From positions 4,464,001-4,528,000 of the forward strand of contig OZ059896.1 in NCBI GenBank assembly GCA_964057225.1: a DNA stretch of 64,000 nucleotides, in the 5' to 3' direction. This DNA comes from Auanema rhodensis. Lineage: Eukaryota > Animalia > Nematoda. This document shows positions 11,357 to 26,985 of this stretch, piece after piece. The position numbers and the translations under genes were made by a program. How positions within the stretch are numbered: the stretch's first letter is position 1; each line of letters opens with the position of its first letter. The notes under the pieces were generated by a model. It was not told the origin of the DNA and searched no databases. It was given only the letters and a program-made list of their open reading frames with translations.

Positions 11357-14249
11357 AACGTGTACATTTAATTAGCATAAATTAAAGTTCACGTAAATTT
11401 CAAAGTCATGGTTACCATGCACCAATATCAATAAAAATTTGTTTTTAGACTAATATGGACATGGAGAATCTAATTTTGAAAACCGCATCTCTTTATCTTT
11501 CACGTGAAGCGAGTTACATACCAAGTGCACATCACGTGTACATTTAATTAGCATAAATTAAAGTTCACGTAAATTTCAAAGTCATGGTTACCATGCACCA
11601 ATATTAATAAAAATTTGTTTTTAAACTAATATGAACATGGGGAATCTAATTTTGAAAACCGCATCTCTTTATCTTTCACGTGAAGCGAGTTACATACCAA
11701 GTGCACATCACGTGTACATTTAATTAGCATAAATTAAAGTTCACGTAAATTTCAAAGTCATGGTTACCATGAACCAATATCAATAAAAATTTGTTTTTAG
11801 ACTAATATTTACATGGGGAATCTAATTTTGAAAATCGCATCTCTTTATCTTTCACGTGAAGCGAGTTACATACCAAGTGCACATCACGTGTACATTTAAT
11901 TAGCATAAATTAAAGTTCACGTAAATTTCAAAGTCATGGTTACCATGAACCAATATCAATAAAAATTTGTTTTTAGACTAATATGGACATGGGGAATCTA
12001 ATTTTGAAAACCGCATCTCTTTATCTTTCACGTGAAGCGAGTTACATACCAAGTGCACATCACGTGTACATTTAATTAGCATAAATTAAAGTTCACGTAA
12101 ATTTCAAAGTCATGGTTACCATGCACCAATATTAATAAAAATTTGTTTTTAGACTAATATGGACATGGGGAATCTAATTTTGAAAACCGCATCTCTTTAT
12201 CTTTCACGTGAAGCGAGTTATATACCAAGTGCACATCACGTGTACATTTAATTAGCATAAATTAAAGTTCACGTAAATTTCAAAGTCATGGTTACCATGC
12301 ACCAATATCAATAAAAATTTGTTTTTAGACTAATATGGACATGGAGAATCTAATTTTGAAAACCGCATCTCTTTATCTTTCACGTGAAGCGAGTTACATA
12401 CCAAGTGCACATCACGTGTACATTTAATTAGCATAAATTAAAGTTCACGTAAATTTCAAAGTCATGGTTACCATGCACCAATATCAATAAAAATTTGTTT
12501 TTAGAATAATATGGACATGGGGAATCTAATTTTGAAAACCGCATCTCTTTATCTTTCACGTGAAGCGAGTTACATACCAAGTGCACATCACGTGTACACT
12601 TAATTAGCATAAATTAATGTTCACGTAAATTTCAAAGTCATGGTTACCATGCACCAATATCAATAAAAATTTGTTTTTAGACTAATATGGACATGGGGAA
12701 TCTAATTTTGAAAACCGCATCTCTTTATCTTTCAAGTGAAGCGAGTTACATACCAAGTGCACATCACGTGTACATTTAATTAGCATAAATTAAAGTTCAC
12801 GTAAATTTCAAAGTCATGGTTACCATGCACCAATATCAATAAAAATTTGTTTTTAGACTAATATGGACATGGGGAATCTAATTTTGAAAATCGCATCTCT
12901 TTATCTTTCACGTGAAGCGAGTTACATACCAAGTGCACATCACGTGTACATTTAATTAGCATAAATTAAAGTTCACGTAAATTTCAAAGTCATGGTTACC
13001 ATGAACCAATATCAATAAAAATTTGTTTTTAGACTAATACGGACATGGGGAATCTAATTTTGAAAACCGCATCTCTTTATCTTTCACGTGAAGCGAGTTA
13101 CATACCAAGTGCACATACGTGTACATTTAATTAGCATAAATTAAAGTTCACGTAAATTTCAAAGTCATGGTTACCATGCACCAATATCAATAAAAATTTG
13201 TTTTTAGACTAATATGGACATGGGGAATCTAATTTTGAAAATCGCATCTCTTTATCTTTCACGTGAAGCGAGTTACATACCAAGTGCACATCACGTGTAC
13301 ATTTAATTAGCATAAATTAAAGTTCACGTAAATTTCAAAGTCATGGTTACCATGAACCAATATCAATAAAAATTTGTTTTTAGACTAATATGGACATGGG
13401 GAATCTAATTTTGAAAACCGCATCTCTTTATCTTTCACGTGAAGCGAGTTACATACCAAGTGCACATCACGTGTACATTTAATTAGCATAAATTAAAGTT
13501 CACGTAAATTTCAAAGTCATGGTTAACATGAACCAATATCAATAAAAATTTGTTTTTAGACTAATATGGACATGGGGAATCTAATTTTGAAAATCGCATC
13601 TCTTTATCTTTCACGTGAAGCGAGTTACATATAAAGTGCACATCACGTGTACATTTAATTAGCATAAATTAAAGTTCACGTAAATTTCAAAGTCATGGTT
13701 ACCATGCACCAATATTAATAAAAATTTGTTTTTAGATTAATATGGACATGGGGAATTTAATTTTGAAAATCGCATCTCTTTATCTTTCACGTGAAGCGAG
13801 TTACATATAAAGTGCACATCACGTGTACATTTAATTAGCATAAATTAAAGTTCACGTAAATTTCAAAGTCATGGTTACCATGCACCAATATCAATAAAAA
13901 TTTGTTTTTAGACTAATTTGGACATGGGGAATCTAATTTTGAAAACCGCATCTCTTTATCTTTCAAGTGAAGCGAGTTACATACCAAATGCACATCACGT
14001 GTACATTTAATTAGCATAAATTAAAGTTCACGTAAATTTCAAAGTCATGGTTACCATGCACCAATATTAATAAAAATTTGTTTTTAGACTAATATGGACA
14101 TGAGGAATCTAATTTTGAAAACCGCATCTCTTTATCTTTCACGTGAAGCGAGTTACATACCAAGTGCACATCACGTGTACATTTAATTAGCATAAATTAA
14201 AGTTCACGTAAATTTCAAAGTCATGGTTACCATGAACCAATATCAATAA

Positions 14250-16900
14250 AAATTTGTTTTTAGACTAATATGGACATGGGGAATCTAATTTTGAGAACCG
14301 CATCTCTTTATCTTTCACGTGAAGCGAGTTACATACCAAGTGCACATCACGTGTACATTTAATTAGCATAAATTAAAGTTCACGTAAATTTCAAAGTCAT
14401 GGTTACCATGAACCAATATCAATAAAAATTTGTTTTTAGACTAATATGGACATGGGGAATCTAATTTTGAAAACCGCATCTCTTTATCTTTCACGTGAAG
14501 CGAGTTACATACCAAGTGCACATCACGTGTACATTTAATTAGCATAAATTAAAGTTCACGTAAATTTCAAAGTCATGGTTACCATGCACCAATATCAATA
14601 AAAATTTGTTTTTAGACTAATTTGAACATGGGGAATCTAATTTTGAAAACCGCATCTCTTTATCTTTCAAGTGAAGCGAGTTACATACCAAGTGCACATC
14701 ACGTGTACATTTAATTAGCATAAATTAAAGTTCACGTAAATTTCAAAGTCATGGTTACCATGCACCAATATTAATAAAAATTTGTTTTTAGACTAATATG
14801 AACATGGGGAATCTAATTTTGAAAATCGCATCTCTTTATCTTTCACGTGAAGCGAGTTACATACCAAGTGCACATCACGTGTACATTTAATTAGCATAAA
14901 TTAAAGTTCACGTAAATTTCAAAGTCATGGTTACCATGAACCAATATCAATAAAAATTTGTTTTTAGACTAATATGGACATGGGGAATCTAATTTTGAAA
15001 ACCGCATCTCTTTATCTTTCACGTGAAGCGAGTTACATACCAAGTGCACATCACGTGTACATTTAATTAGCATAAATTAAAGTTCACGTAAATTTCAAAG
15101 TCATGGTTACCATGCACCAATATCAATAAAAATTTGTTTTTAGACTAATATGGACATGGGGAATCTAATTTTGAAAATCGCATCTCTTTATCTTTCACGT
15201 GAAGCGAGTTACATACCAAGTGCACATCACGTGTACATTTAATTAGCATAAATTAAAGTTCACGTAAATTTCAAAGTCATGGTTACCATGAACCAATATC
15301 AATAAAAATTTGTTTTTAGACTAATATGGACATGGGGAATCTAATTTTGAGAACCGCATCTCTTTATCTTTCACGTGAAGCGAGTTACATACCAAGTGCA
15401 CATCACGTGTACATTTAATTAGCATAAATTAAAGTTCACGTAAATTTCAAAGTCATGGTTACCATGAACCAATACCAATAAAAATTTGTTTTTAGACTAA
15501 TATGGACATGGGGAATCTAATTTTGAAAACCGCATCTCTTTATCTTTCACGTGAAGCGAGTTACATACCAAGTGCACATCACGTGTACATTTAATTAGCA
15601 TAAATTAAAGTTCACGTAAATTTCAAAGTCATGGTTACCATGCACCAATATCAATAAAAATTTGTTTTTAGACTAATATGGACATGGGGAATCTAATTTT
15701 GAAAACCGCATCTCTTTATCTTTCAAGTGAAGCGAGTTACATACCAAGTGCACATCACGTGTACATTCAATTAGCATAAATTAAAGTTCACGTAAATTTC
15801 AAAGTCATGGTTACCATGCACCAATATCAATAAAAATTTGTTTTTAGACTAATATGGACATGGGGAATCTAATTTTAAAAATCGCATCTCTTTATCTTTC
15901 ACGTGAAGCGAGTTACATACCAAGTGCACATCACGTGTACATTTAATTAGCATAAATTAAAGTTCACGTAAATTTCAAAGTCATGGTTACCATGCACCAA
16001 TATCAATAAAAATTTGTTTTTAGACTAATATGGACATGGGGAATCTAATTTTGAAAACCGCATCTCTTTATCTTTCAAGTGAAGCGAGTTACATACCAAG
16101 TGCACATCACGTGTACATTTAATTAGCATAAATTAAAGTTCACGTAAATTTCAAAGTCATGGTTACCATGAACCAATATCAATAAAAATTTGTTTTTAGA
16201 CTAATATGGACATGGGGAATCTAATTTTGAGAACCGCATCTCTTTATCTTTCACGTGAAGCGAGTTACATACCAAGTGCACATCACGTGTACATTTAATT
16301 AGCATAAATTAAAGTTCACGTAAATTTCAAAGTCATGGTTACCATGAACCAATATCAATAAAAATTTGTTTTTAGACTAATATGGACATGGGGAATCTAA
16401 TTTTGAAAACCGCATCTCTTTATCTTTCACGTGAAGCGAGTTACATACCAAGTGCACATCACGTGTACATTTAATTAGCATAAATTAAAGTTCACGTAAA
16501 TTTCAAAGTCATGGTTACCATGCACCAATATCAATAAAAATTTGTTTTTAGACTAATATGGACATGGGGAATCTAATTTTGAAAACCGCATCTCTTTATC
16601 TTTCAAGTGAAGCGAGTTACATACCAAGTGCACATCACGTGTACATTTAATTAGCATAAATTAAAGTTCACGTAAATTTCAAAGTCATGGTTACCATGCA
16701 CCAATATCAATAAAAATTTGTTTTTAGACTAATATGGACATGGGGAATCTAATTTTAAAAATCGCATCTCTTTATCTTTCACGTGAAGCGAGTTACATAC
16801 CAAGTGCACATCACGTGTACATTTAATTAGCATAAATTAAAGTTCACGTAAATTTCAAAGTCATGGTTACCATGAACCAATATCAATAAAAATTTGTTTT
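14250..16900 (+). repeat. Local 5-6-monomer higher-order repeat
   Basis: GAGAACC variant at 14295, 15351, 16231 (offsets 1056 and 880). TTTTAAAAATC variant at 15877 and 16757 (offset 880). Confidence 0.75.
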
Positions 16901-19900
16901 GAAACTAATATGGACATGGGGAATCTAATTTTGAAAATCGCATCTCTTTATCTTTCACGTGAAGCGAGTTACATACCAAGTGCACATCACGTGTACATTT
17001 AATTAGCATAAATTAAAGTTCACGTAAATTTCAAAGTCATGGTTACCATGAACCAATATCAATAAAAATTTGTTTTAAACTAATATGGACATGGGGAATC
17101 TAATTTTGAAAACCGCATCTCTTTATCTTTCACGTGAAGCGAGTTACATACCAAGTGCACATCACGTGTACATTTAATTAGCATAAATTAAAGTTCACGT
17201 AAATTTCAAAGTCATGGTTACCATGCACCAATATCAATAAAAATTTGTTTTTAGACTAATTTGAACATGGGGAATCTAATTTTGAAAACCGCATCTCTTT
17301 ATCTTTCAAGTGAAGCGAGTTACATACCAAGTGCACTTCACGTGTACATTTAATTAGCATAAATTAAAGTTCACGTAAATTTCAAAGTCATGGTTACCAT
17401 GAACCAATATCAATAAAAATTTGTTTTTAAACTAATATGGACATGGGGAATCTAATTTTGAAAACCGCATCTCTTTATCTTTCACGTGAAGCGAGTTACA
17501 TACCAAGTGCACATCACGTGTACATTTAATTAGCATAAATTAAAGTTCACGTAAATTTCAAAGTCATGGTTACCATGCACCAATATCAATAAAAATTTGT
17601 TTTTAAACTAATATGGACATGGGGAATCTAATTTTGAAAACCGCATCTCCTTATCTTTCACGTGAAGCGAGTTACATACCTAGTGCACATCACGTGTACA
17701 TTTAATTAGCATAAATTAAAGTTCACGTAAATTTCAAAGTCATGGTTACCATGCACCAATATCAATAAAAATTTGTTTTTAAACTAATATGGACATGGGG
17801 AATCTAATTTTGAAAACCGCATCTCTTTATCTTTCACGTGAAGCGAGTTACATACCTAGTGCACATCACGTGTACATTTAATTAGCATAAATTAAAGTTC
17901 ACGTAAATTTCAAAGTCATGGTTACCATGAACCAATATCAATAAAAATTTGTTTTTAAACTAATATGGACATGGGGAATCTAATTTTGAAAACCGCATCT
18001 CTTTATCTTTCACGTGAAGCGAGTTACATACCTAGTGCACATCACGTGTACATTTAATTAGCATAAATTAAAGTTCACGTAAATTTCAAAGTCATGGTTA
18101 CCATGAACCAATATCAATAAAAATTTGTTTTTAAACTAATATGGACATGGGGAATCTAATTTTGAAAACCGCATCTCTTTATCTTTCACGTGAAGCGAGT
18201 TACATACCTAGTGCACATCACGTGTACATTTAATTAGCATAAATTAAAGTTCACGTAAATTTCAAAGACATGGTTACCATGAACCAATATCAATAAAAAT
18301 TTGTTTTAAACTAATATGGACATGGGGAATCTAATTTTGAAAACCGCATCTCTTTATCTTTCACGTGAAGCGAGTTACATACCTAGTGCACATCACGTGT
18401 ACATTTAATTAGCATAAATTAAAGTTCACGTAAATTTGAAAGTCATGGTTACCATGCACCAATATCAATAAAAATTTGTTTTTAAACTAATATGGACATG
18501 GGGAATCTAATTTTGAAAACCGTATCTCTTTATCTTTCACGTGAAGCGAGTTACATACCTAGTGCACATCACGTGTACATTTAATTAGCATAAATTAAAG
18601 TTCACGTAAATTTCAAAGTCATGGTTACCATGAACCAATATCAATAAAAATTTGTTTTTAAACTAATATGGACATGAGGAATCTAATTTTGAAAACCGCA
18701 TCTCTTTATCTTTCACGTGAAGCGAGTTACATACCTAGTGCACATCACGTGTACATTTAATTAGCATAAATTAAAGTTCACGTAAATTTCAAAGTCATGG
18801 TTACCATGAACCAATATCAATAAAAATTTGTTTTTAGACTAATATGGACATGGGGAATCTAATTTTGAAAACCGCATCTCTTTATCTTTCACGTGAAGCG
18901 AGTTACATATAAAGTGCACATCACGTGTACATTTAATTAGCATAAATTAAAGTTCACGTAAATTTCAAAGTCATGGTTACCATGCACCAATATTAATAAA
19001 AATTTGTTTTTAGACTAATATGGACATGGGGAATGTAATTTTGAAAACCGCATCTCTTTATCTTTCACGTGAAGCGAGTTACATACCTAGTGCACATCAC
19101 GTGTACATTTAATTAGCATAAATTAAAGTTCACGTAAATTTCAAAGTCATGGTTACCATGCACCAATATCAATAAAAATTTGTTTTTAGACTAATATGGA
19201 CATGGGGAATCTAATTTTGGAAACCGCATCTCTTTATTTTTTACGTGAAGCGAGTTACATACCAAGTGCACATCACGTGTACATTTAATTAGCATAAATT
19301 AAAGTTCACGTAAATTTCAAAGTCATGGTTACCATGCACCAATATCAATAAAAATTTGTTTTTAGACTAATATGGACATGGGGAATCTAATTTTGAAAAT
19401 CGCATCTCTTTATCTTTCACGTGAAGCGAGTTACATACCAAGTGCACATCACGTGTACATTTAATTAGCATAAATTAAAGTTCACGTAAATTTCAAAGTC
19501 ATGGTTACCATGAACCAATATCAATAAAAATTTGTTTTTAGACTAATATGGACATGGGGAATCTAATTTTGAAAACCGCATCTCTTTATCTTTCACGTGA
19601 AGCGAGTTACATATAAAGTGCACATCACGTGTACATTTAATTAGCATAAATTAAAGTTCACGTAAATTTCAAAGTCATGGTTACCATGCACCAATATTAA
19701 TAAAAATTTGTTTTTAGACTAATATGGACATGGGGAATCTAATTTTGAAAACCGCATCTCTTTATCTTTCACGTGAAGCGAGTTACATACCTAGTGCACA
19801 TCACGTGTACATTTAATTAGCATAAATTAAAGTTCACGTAAATTTCAAAGTCATGGTTACCATGCACCAATATCAATAAAAATTTGTTTTTAGACTAATA

Positions 19901-22900
19901 TGGACATGGGGAATCTAATTTTGGAAACCGCATCTCTTTATTTTTTACGTGAAGCGAGTTACATACCAAGTGCACATCACGTGTACATTTAATTAGCATA
20001 AATTAAAGTTCACGTAAATTTCAAAGTCATGGTTACCATGCACCAATATCAATAAAAATTTGTTTTTAGACTAATATGGACATGGGGAATCTAATTTTGA
20101 AAATCGCATCTCTTTATCTTTCACGTGAAGCGAGTTACATACCAAGTGCACATCACGTGTACATTTAATTAGCATAAATTAAAGTTCACGTAAATTTCAA
20201 AGTCATGGTTACCATGAACCAATATCAATAAAAATTTGTTTTTAGACTAATATGGACATGGGGAATCTAATTTTGAAAACCGCATCTCTTTATCTTTCAC
20301 GTGAAGCGAGTTACATATAAAGTGCACATCACGTGTACATTTAATTAGCATAAATTAAAGTTCACGTAAATTTCAAAGTCATGGTTACCATGCACCAATA
20401 TTAATAAAAATTTGTTTTTAGATTAATATGGACATGGGGAATCTAATTTTGGAAACCGCATCTCTTTATCTTTCACGTGAAGCGAGTTACATACCAAGTG
20501 CACATCACGTGTACATTTAATTAGCATAAATTAAAGTTCACGTAAATTTCAAAGTCATGGTTACCATGAACCAATATCAATAAAAATTTGTTTTTAGACT
20601 AATATGGACATGGGGAATCTAATTTTGAAAACCGCATCTCTTTATCTTTCACGTGAAGCGAGTTACATACCTAGTGCACATCACGTGTACATTTAATTAG
20701 CATAAATTAAAGTTCACGTAAATTTCAAAGTCATGGTTACCATGCACCAATATCAATAAAAATTTGTTTTTAAACTAATATGGACATGGGAAATCTAATT
20801 TTGAAAACCGCATCTCTTTATCTTTCACGTGAAGCGAGTTACATACCTAGTGCACATCACGTGTACATTTAATTAGCATAAATTAAAGTTCACGTAAATT
20901 TCAAAGTCATGGTTACCATGAACCAATATCAATAAAAATTTGTTTTTAAACTAATATGGACATGGGGAATCTAATTTTGAAAACCGCATCTCTTTATCTT
21001 TCACGTGAAGCGAGTTACATACCTAGTGCACATCACGTGTACATTTAATTAGCATAAATTAAAGTTCACGTAAATTTCAAAGTCATGGTTACCATGAACC
21101 AATATCAATAAAAATTTGTTTTTAAACTAATATGGACATGAGGAATCTAATTTTGAAAACCGCATCTCTTTATCTTTCAAGTGAAGCGAGTTACATACCA
21201 AGTGCACATCACGTGTACATTTAATTAGCATAAATTAAAGTTCACGTAAATTTCAAAGTCATGGTTACCATGAACCAATATCAATAAAAATTTGTTTTTA
21301 GACTAATATGGACATGGGGAATCTAATTTTGAGAACCGCATCTCTTTATCTTTCACGTGAAGCGAGTTACATACCAAGTGCACATCACGTGTACATTTAA
21401 TTAGCATAAATTAAAGTTCACGTAAATTTCAAAGTCATGGTTACCATGAACCAATATCAATAAAAATTTGTTTTTAGACTAATATGGACATGGGGAATCT
21501 AATTTTGAAAACCGCATCTCTTTATCTTTCACGTGAAGCGAGTTACATACCAAGTGCACATCACGTGTACATTTAATTAGCATAAATTAAAGTTCACGTA
21601 AATTTCAAAGTCATGGTTACCATGCACCAATATCAATAAAAATTTGTTTTTAGACTAATATGGACATGGGGAATCTAATTTTGAAAACCGCATCTCTTTA
21701 TCTTTCAAGTGAAGCGAGTTACATACCAAGTGCACATCACGTGTACATTTAATTAGCATAAATTAAAGTTCACGTAAATTTCAAAGTCATGGTTACCATG
21801 CACCAATATCAATAAAAATTTGTTTTTAGACTAATATGGACATGGGGAATCTAATTTTAAAAATCGCATCTCTTTATCTTTCACGTGAAGCGAGTTACAT
21901 ACCAAGTGCACATCACGTGTACATTTAATTAGCATAAATTAAAGTTCACGTAAATTTCAAAGTCATGGTTACCATGAACCAATATCAATAAAAATTTGTT
22001 TTGAAACTAATATGGACATGGGGAATCTAATTTTGAAAATCGCATCTCTTTATCTTTCACGTGAAGCGAGTTACATACCAAGTGCACATCACGTGTACAT
22101 TTAATTAGCATAAATTAAAGTTCACGTAAATTTCAAAGTCATGGTTACCATGAACCAATATCAATAAAAATTTGTTTTAAACTAATATGGACATGGGGAA
22201 TCTAATTTTGAAAACCGCATCTCTTTATCTTTCACGTGAAGCGAGTTACATACCAAGTGCACATCACGTGTACATTTAATTAGCATAAATTAAAGTTCAC
22301 GTAAATTTCAAAGTCATGGTTACCATGCACCAATATCAATAAAAATTTGTTTTTAGACTAATTTGAACATGGGGAATCTAATTTTGAAAACCGCATCTCT
22401 TTATCTTTCAAGTGAAGCGAGTTACATACCAAGTGCACTTCACGTGTACATTTAATTAGCATAAATTAAAGTTCACGTAAATTTCAAAGTCATGGTTACC
22501 ATGAACCAATATCAATAAAAATTTGTTTTTAAACTAATATGGACATGGGGAATCTAATTTTGAAAACCGCATCTCTTTATCTTTCACGTGAAGCGAGTTA
22601 CATACCAAGTGCACATCACGTGTACATTTAATTAGCATAAATTAAAGTTCACGTAAATTTCAAAGTCATGGTTACCATGCACCAATATCAATAAAAATTT
22701 GTTTTTAAACTAATATGGACATGGGGAATCTAATTTTGAAAACCGCATCTCCTTATCTTTCACGTGAAGCGAGTTACATACCTAGTGCACATCACGTGTA
22801 CATTTAATTAGCATAAATTAAAGTTCACGTAAATTTCAAAGTCATGGTTACCATGCACCAATATCAATAAAAATTTGTTTTTAAACTAATATGGACATGG

Positions 22901-25900
22901 GGAATCTAATTTTGAAAACCGCATCTCTTTATCTTTCACGTGAAGCGAGTTACATACCTAGTGCACATCACGTGTACATTTAATTAGCATAAATTAAAGT
23001 TCACGTAAATTTCAAAGTCATGGTTACCATGAACCAATATCAATAAAAATTTGTTTTTAAACTAATATGGACATGGGGAATCTAATTTTGAAAACCGCAT
23101 CTCTTTATCTTTCACGTGAAGCGAGTTACATACCTAGTGCACATCACGTGTACATTTAATTAGCATAAATTAAAGTTCACGTAAATTTCAAAGTCATGGT
23201 TACCATGAACCAATATCAATAAAAATTTGTTTTTAAACTAATATGGACATGGGGAATCTAATTTTGAAAACCGCATCTCTTTATCTTTCACGTGAAGCGA
23301 GTTACATACCTAGTGCACATCACGTGTACATTTAATTAGCATAAATTAAAGTTCACGTAAATTTCAAAGACATGGTTACCATGAACCAATATCAATAAAA
23401 ATTTGTTTTAAACTAATATGGACATGGGGAATCTAATTTTGAAAACCGCATCTCTTTATCTTTCACGTGAAGCGAGTTACATACCTAGTGCACATCACGT
23501 GTACATTTAATTAGCATAAATTAAAGTTCACGTAAATTTGAAAGTCATGGTTACCATGCACCAATATCAATAAAAATTTGTTTTTAAACTAATATGGACA
23601 TGGGGAATCTAATTTTGAAAACCGTATCTCTTTATCTTTCACGTGAAGCGAGTTACATACCTAGTGCACATCACGTGTACATTTAATTAGCATAAATTAA
23701 AGTTCACGTAAATTTCAAAGTCATGGTTACCATGAACCAATATCAATAAAAATTTGTTTTGAAACTAATATGGACATGAGGAATCTAATTTTGAAAACCG
23801 CATCTCTTTATCTTTCACGTGAAGCGAGTTACATACCTAGTGCACATCACGTGTACATTTAATTAGCATAAATTAAAGTTCACGTAAATTTCAAAGTCAT
23901 GGTTACCATGAACCAATATCAATAAAAATTTGTTTTTAGACTAATATGGACATGGGGAATCTAATTTTGAAAACCGCATCTCTTTATCTTTCACGTGAAG
24001 CGAGTTACATATAAAGTGCACATCACGTGTACATTTAATTAGCATAAATTAAAGTTCACGTAAATTTCAAAGTCATGGTTACCATGCACCAATATTAATA
24101 AAAATTTGTTTTTAGACTAATATGGACATGGGGAATGTAATTTTGAAAACCGCATCTCTTTATCTTTCACGTGAAGCGAGTTACATACCTAGTGCACATC
24201 ACGTGTACATTTAATTAGCATAAATTAAAGTTCACGTAAATTTCAAAGTCATGGTTACCATGCACCAATATCAATAAAAATTTGTTTTTAGACTAATATG
24301 GACATGGGGAATCTAATTTTGGAAACCGCATCTCTTTATTTTTTACGTGAAGCGAGTTACATACCAAGTGCACATCACGTGTACATTTAATTAGCATAAA
24401 TTAAAGTTCACGTAAATTTCAAAGTCATGGTTACCATGCACCAATATCAATAAAAATTTGTTTTTAGACTAATATGGACATGGGGAATCTAATTTTGAAA
24501 ATCGCATCTCTTTATCTTTCACGTGAAGCGAGTTACATACCAAGTGCACATCACGTGTACATTTAATTAGCATAAATTAAAGTTCACGTAAATTTCAAAG
24601 TCATGGTTACCATGAACCAATATCAATAAAAATTTGTTTTTAGACTAATATGGACATGGGGAATCTAATTTTGAAAACCGCATCTCTTTATCTTTCACGT
24701 GAAGCGAGTTACATATAAAGTGCACATCACGTGTACATTTAATTAGCATAAATTAAAGTTCACGTAAATTTCAAAGTCATGGTTACCATGCACCAATATT
24801 AATAAAAATTTGTTTTTAGACTAATATGGACATGGGGAATCTAATTTTGAAAACCGCATCTCTTTATCTTTCACGTGAAGCGAGTTACATACCTAGTGCA
24901 CATCACGTGTACATTTAATTAGCATAAATTAAAGTTCACGTAAATTTCAAAGTCATGGTTACCATGCACCAATATCAATAAAAATTTGTTTTTAGACTAA
25001 TATGGACATGGGGAATCTAATTTTGGAAACCGCATCTCTTTATTTTTTACGTGAAGCGAGTTACATACCAAGTGCACATCACGTGTACATTTAATTAGCA
25101 TAAATTAAAGTTCACGTAAATTTCAAAGTCATGGTTACCATGCACCAATATCAATAAAAATTTGTTTTTAGACTAATATGGACATGGGGAATCTAATTTT
25201 GAAAATCGCATCTCTTTATCTTTCACGTGAAGCGAGTTACATACCAAGTGCACATCACGTGTACATTTAATTAGCATAAATTAAAGTTCACGTAAATTTC
25301 AAAGTCATGGTTACCATGAACCAATATCAATAAAAATTTGTTTTTAGACTAATATGGACATGGGGAATCTAATTTTGAAAACCGCATCTCTTTATCTTTC
25401 ACGTGAAGCGAGTTACATATAAAGTGCACATCACGTGTACATTTAATTAGCATAAATTAAAGTTCACGTAAATTTCAAAGTCATGGTTACCATGCACCAA
25501 TATTAATAAAAATTTGTTTTTAGATTAATATGGACATGGGGAATCTAATTTTGGAAACCGCATCTCTTTATCTTTCACGTGAAGCGAGTTACATACCAAG
25601 TGCACATCACGTGTACATTTAATTAGCATAAATTAAAGTTCACGTAAATTTCAAAGTCATGGTTACCATGCACCAATATCAATAAAAATTTGTTTTTAGA
25701 CTAATATGGACATGGGGAATCTAATTTTGGAAACCGCATCTCTTTATTTTTTACGTGAAGCGAGTTACATACCAAGTGCACATCACGTGTACATTTAATT
25801 AGCATAAATTAAAGTTCACGTAAATTTCAAAGTCATGGTTACCATGCACCAATATCAATAAAAATTTGTTTTTAGACTAATATGGACATGGGGAATCTAA

Positions 25901-26985
25901 TTTTGAAAATCGCATCTCTTTATCTTTCACGTGAAGCGAGTTACATACCAAGTGCACATCACGTGTACATTTAATTAGCATAAATTAAAGTTCACGTAAA
26001 TTTCAAAGTCATGGTTACCATGAACCAATATCAATAAAAATTTGTTTTTAGACTAATATGGACATGGGGAATCTAATTTTGAAAACCGCATCTCTTTATC
26101 TTTCACGTGAAGCGAGTTACATATAAAGTGCACATCACGTGTACATTTAATTAGCATAAATTAAAGTTCACGTAAATTTCAAAGTCATGGTTACCATGCA
26201 CCAATATTAATAAAAATTTGTTTTTAGATTAATATGGACATGGGGAATCTAATTTTGGAAACCGCATCTCTTTATCTTTCACGTGAAGCGAGTTACATAC
26301 CAAGTGCACATCACGTGTACATTTAATTAGCATAAATTAAAGTTCACGTAAATTTCAAAGTCATGGTTACCATGAACCAATATCAATAAAAATTTGTTTT
26401 TAGACTAATATGGACATGGGGAATCTAATTTTGAAAACCGCATCTCTTTATCTTTCACGTGAAGCGAGTTACATACCTAGTGCACATCACGTGTACATTT
26501 AATTAGCATAAATTAAAGTTCACGTAAATTTCAAAGTCATGGTTACCATGCACCAATATCAATAAAAATTTGTTTTTAAACTAATATGGACATGGGAAAT
26601 CTAATTTTGAAAACCGCATCTCTTTATCTTTCACGTGAAGCGAGTTACATACCTAGTGCACATCACGTGTACATTTAATTAGCATAAATTAAAGTTCACG
26701 TAAATTTCAAAGTCATGGTTACCATGAACCAATATCAATAAAAATTTGTTTTTAAACTAATATGGACATGGGGAATCTAATTTTGAAAACCGCATCTCTT
26801 TATCTTTCACGTGAAGCGAGTTACATACCTAGTGCACATCACGTGTACATTTAATTAGCATAAATTAAAGTTCACGTAAATTTCAAAGTCATGGTTACCA
26901 TGAACCAATATCAATAAAAATTTGTTTTTAAACTAATATGGACATGAGGAATCTAATTTTGAAAACCGCATCTCTTTATCTTTCA
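16040..26985 (+). repeat. 29-monomer (5102 bp) tandem duplication; the second copy has an extra 4-mer
   Basis: Rare variants pair at offset 5102 (29x176-2): 16078/21180, 16901/22003, 17337/22439, 17650/22752, 18268/23370, 18438/23540, 18523/23625, 19035/24137. The offset becomes 5806 (+704) for 20791/26597 and 21141/26947. Confidence 0.93.
18830..20560 (+). repeat. 4-monomer (704 bp) higher-order repeat nested within the 29-mer
   Basis: CATATAAAG variant at 18910, 19614, 20318 (offset 704), with the GGAAACC+TATTTTTTACG and AATCGC monomers recurring in the same order. Confidence 0.85.

Noticed and set aside
12428-12610. Second identical 60-aa ORF
   Set aside because: Same C10A variant at 12506, 16 monomers downstream. 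Identity reflects repeat copying, not coding constraint.
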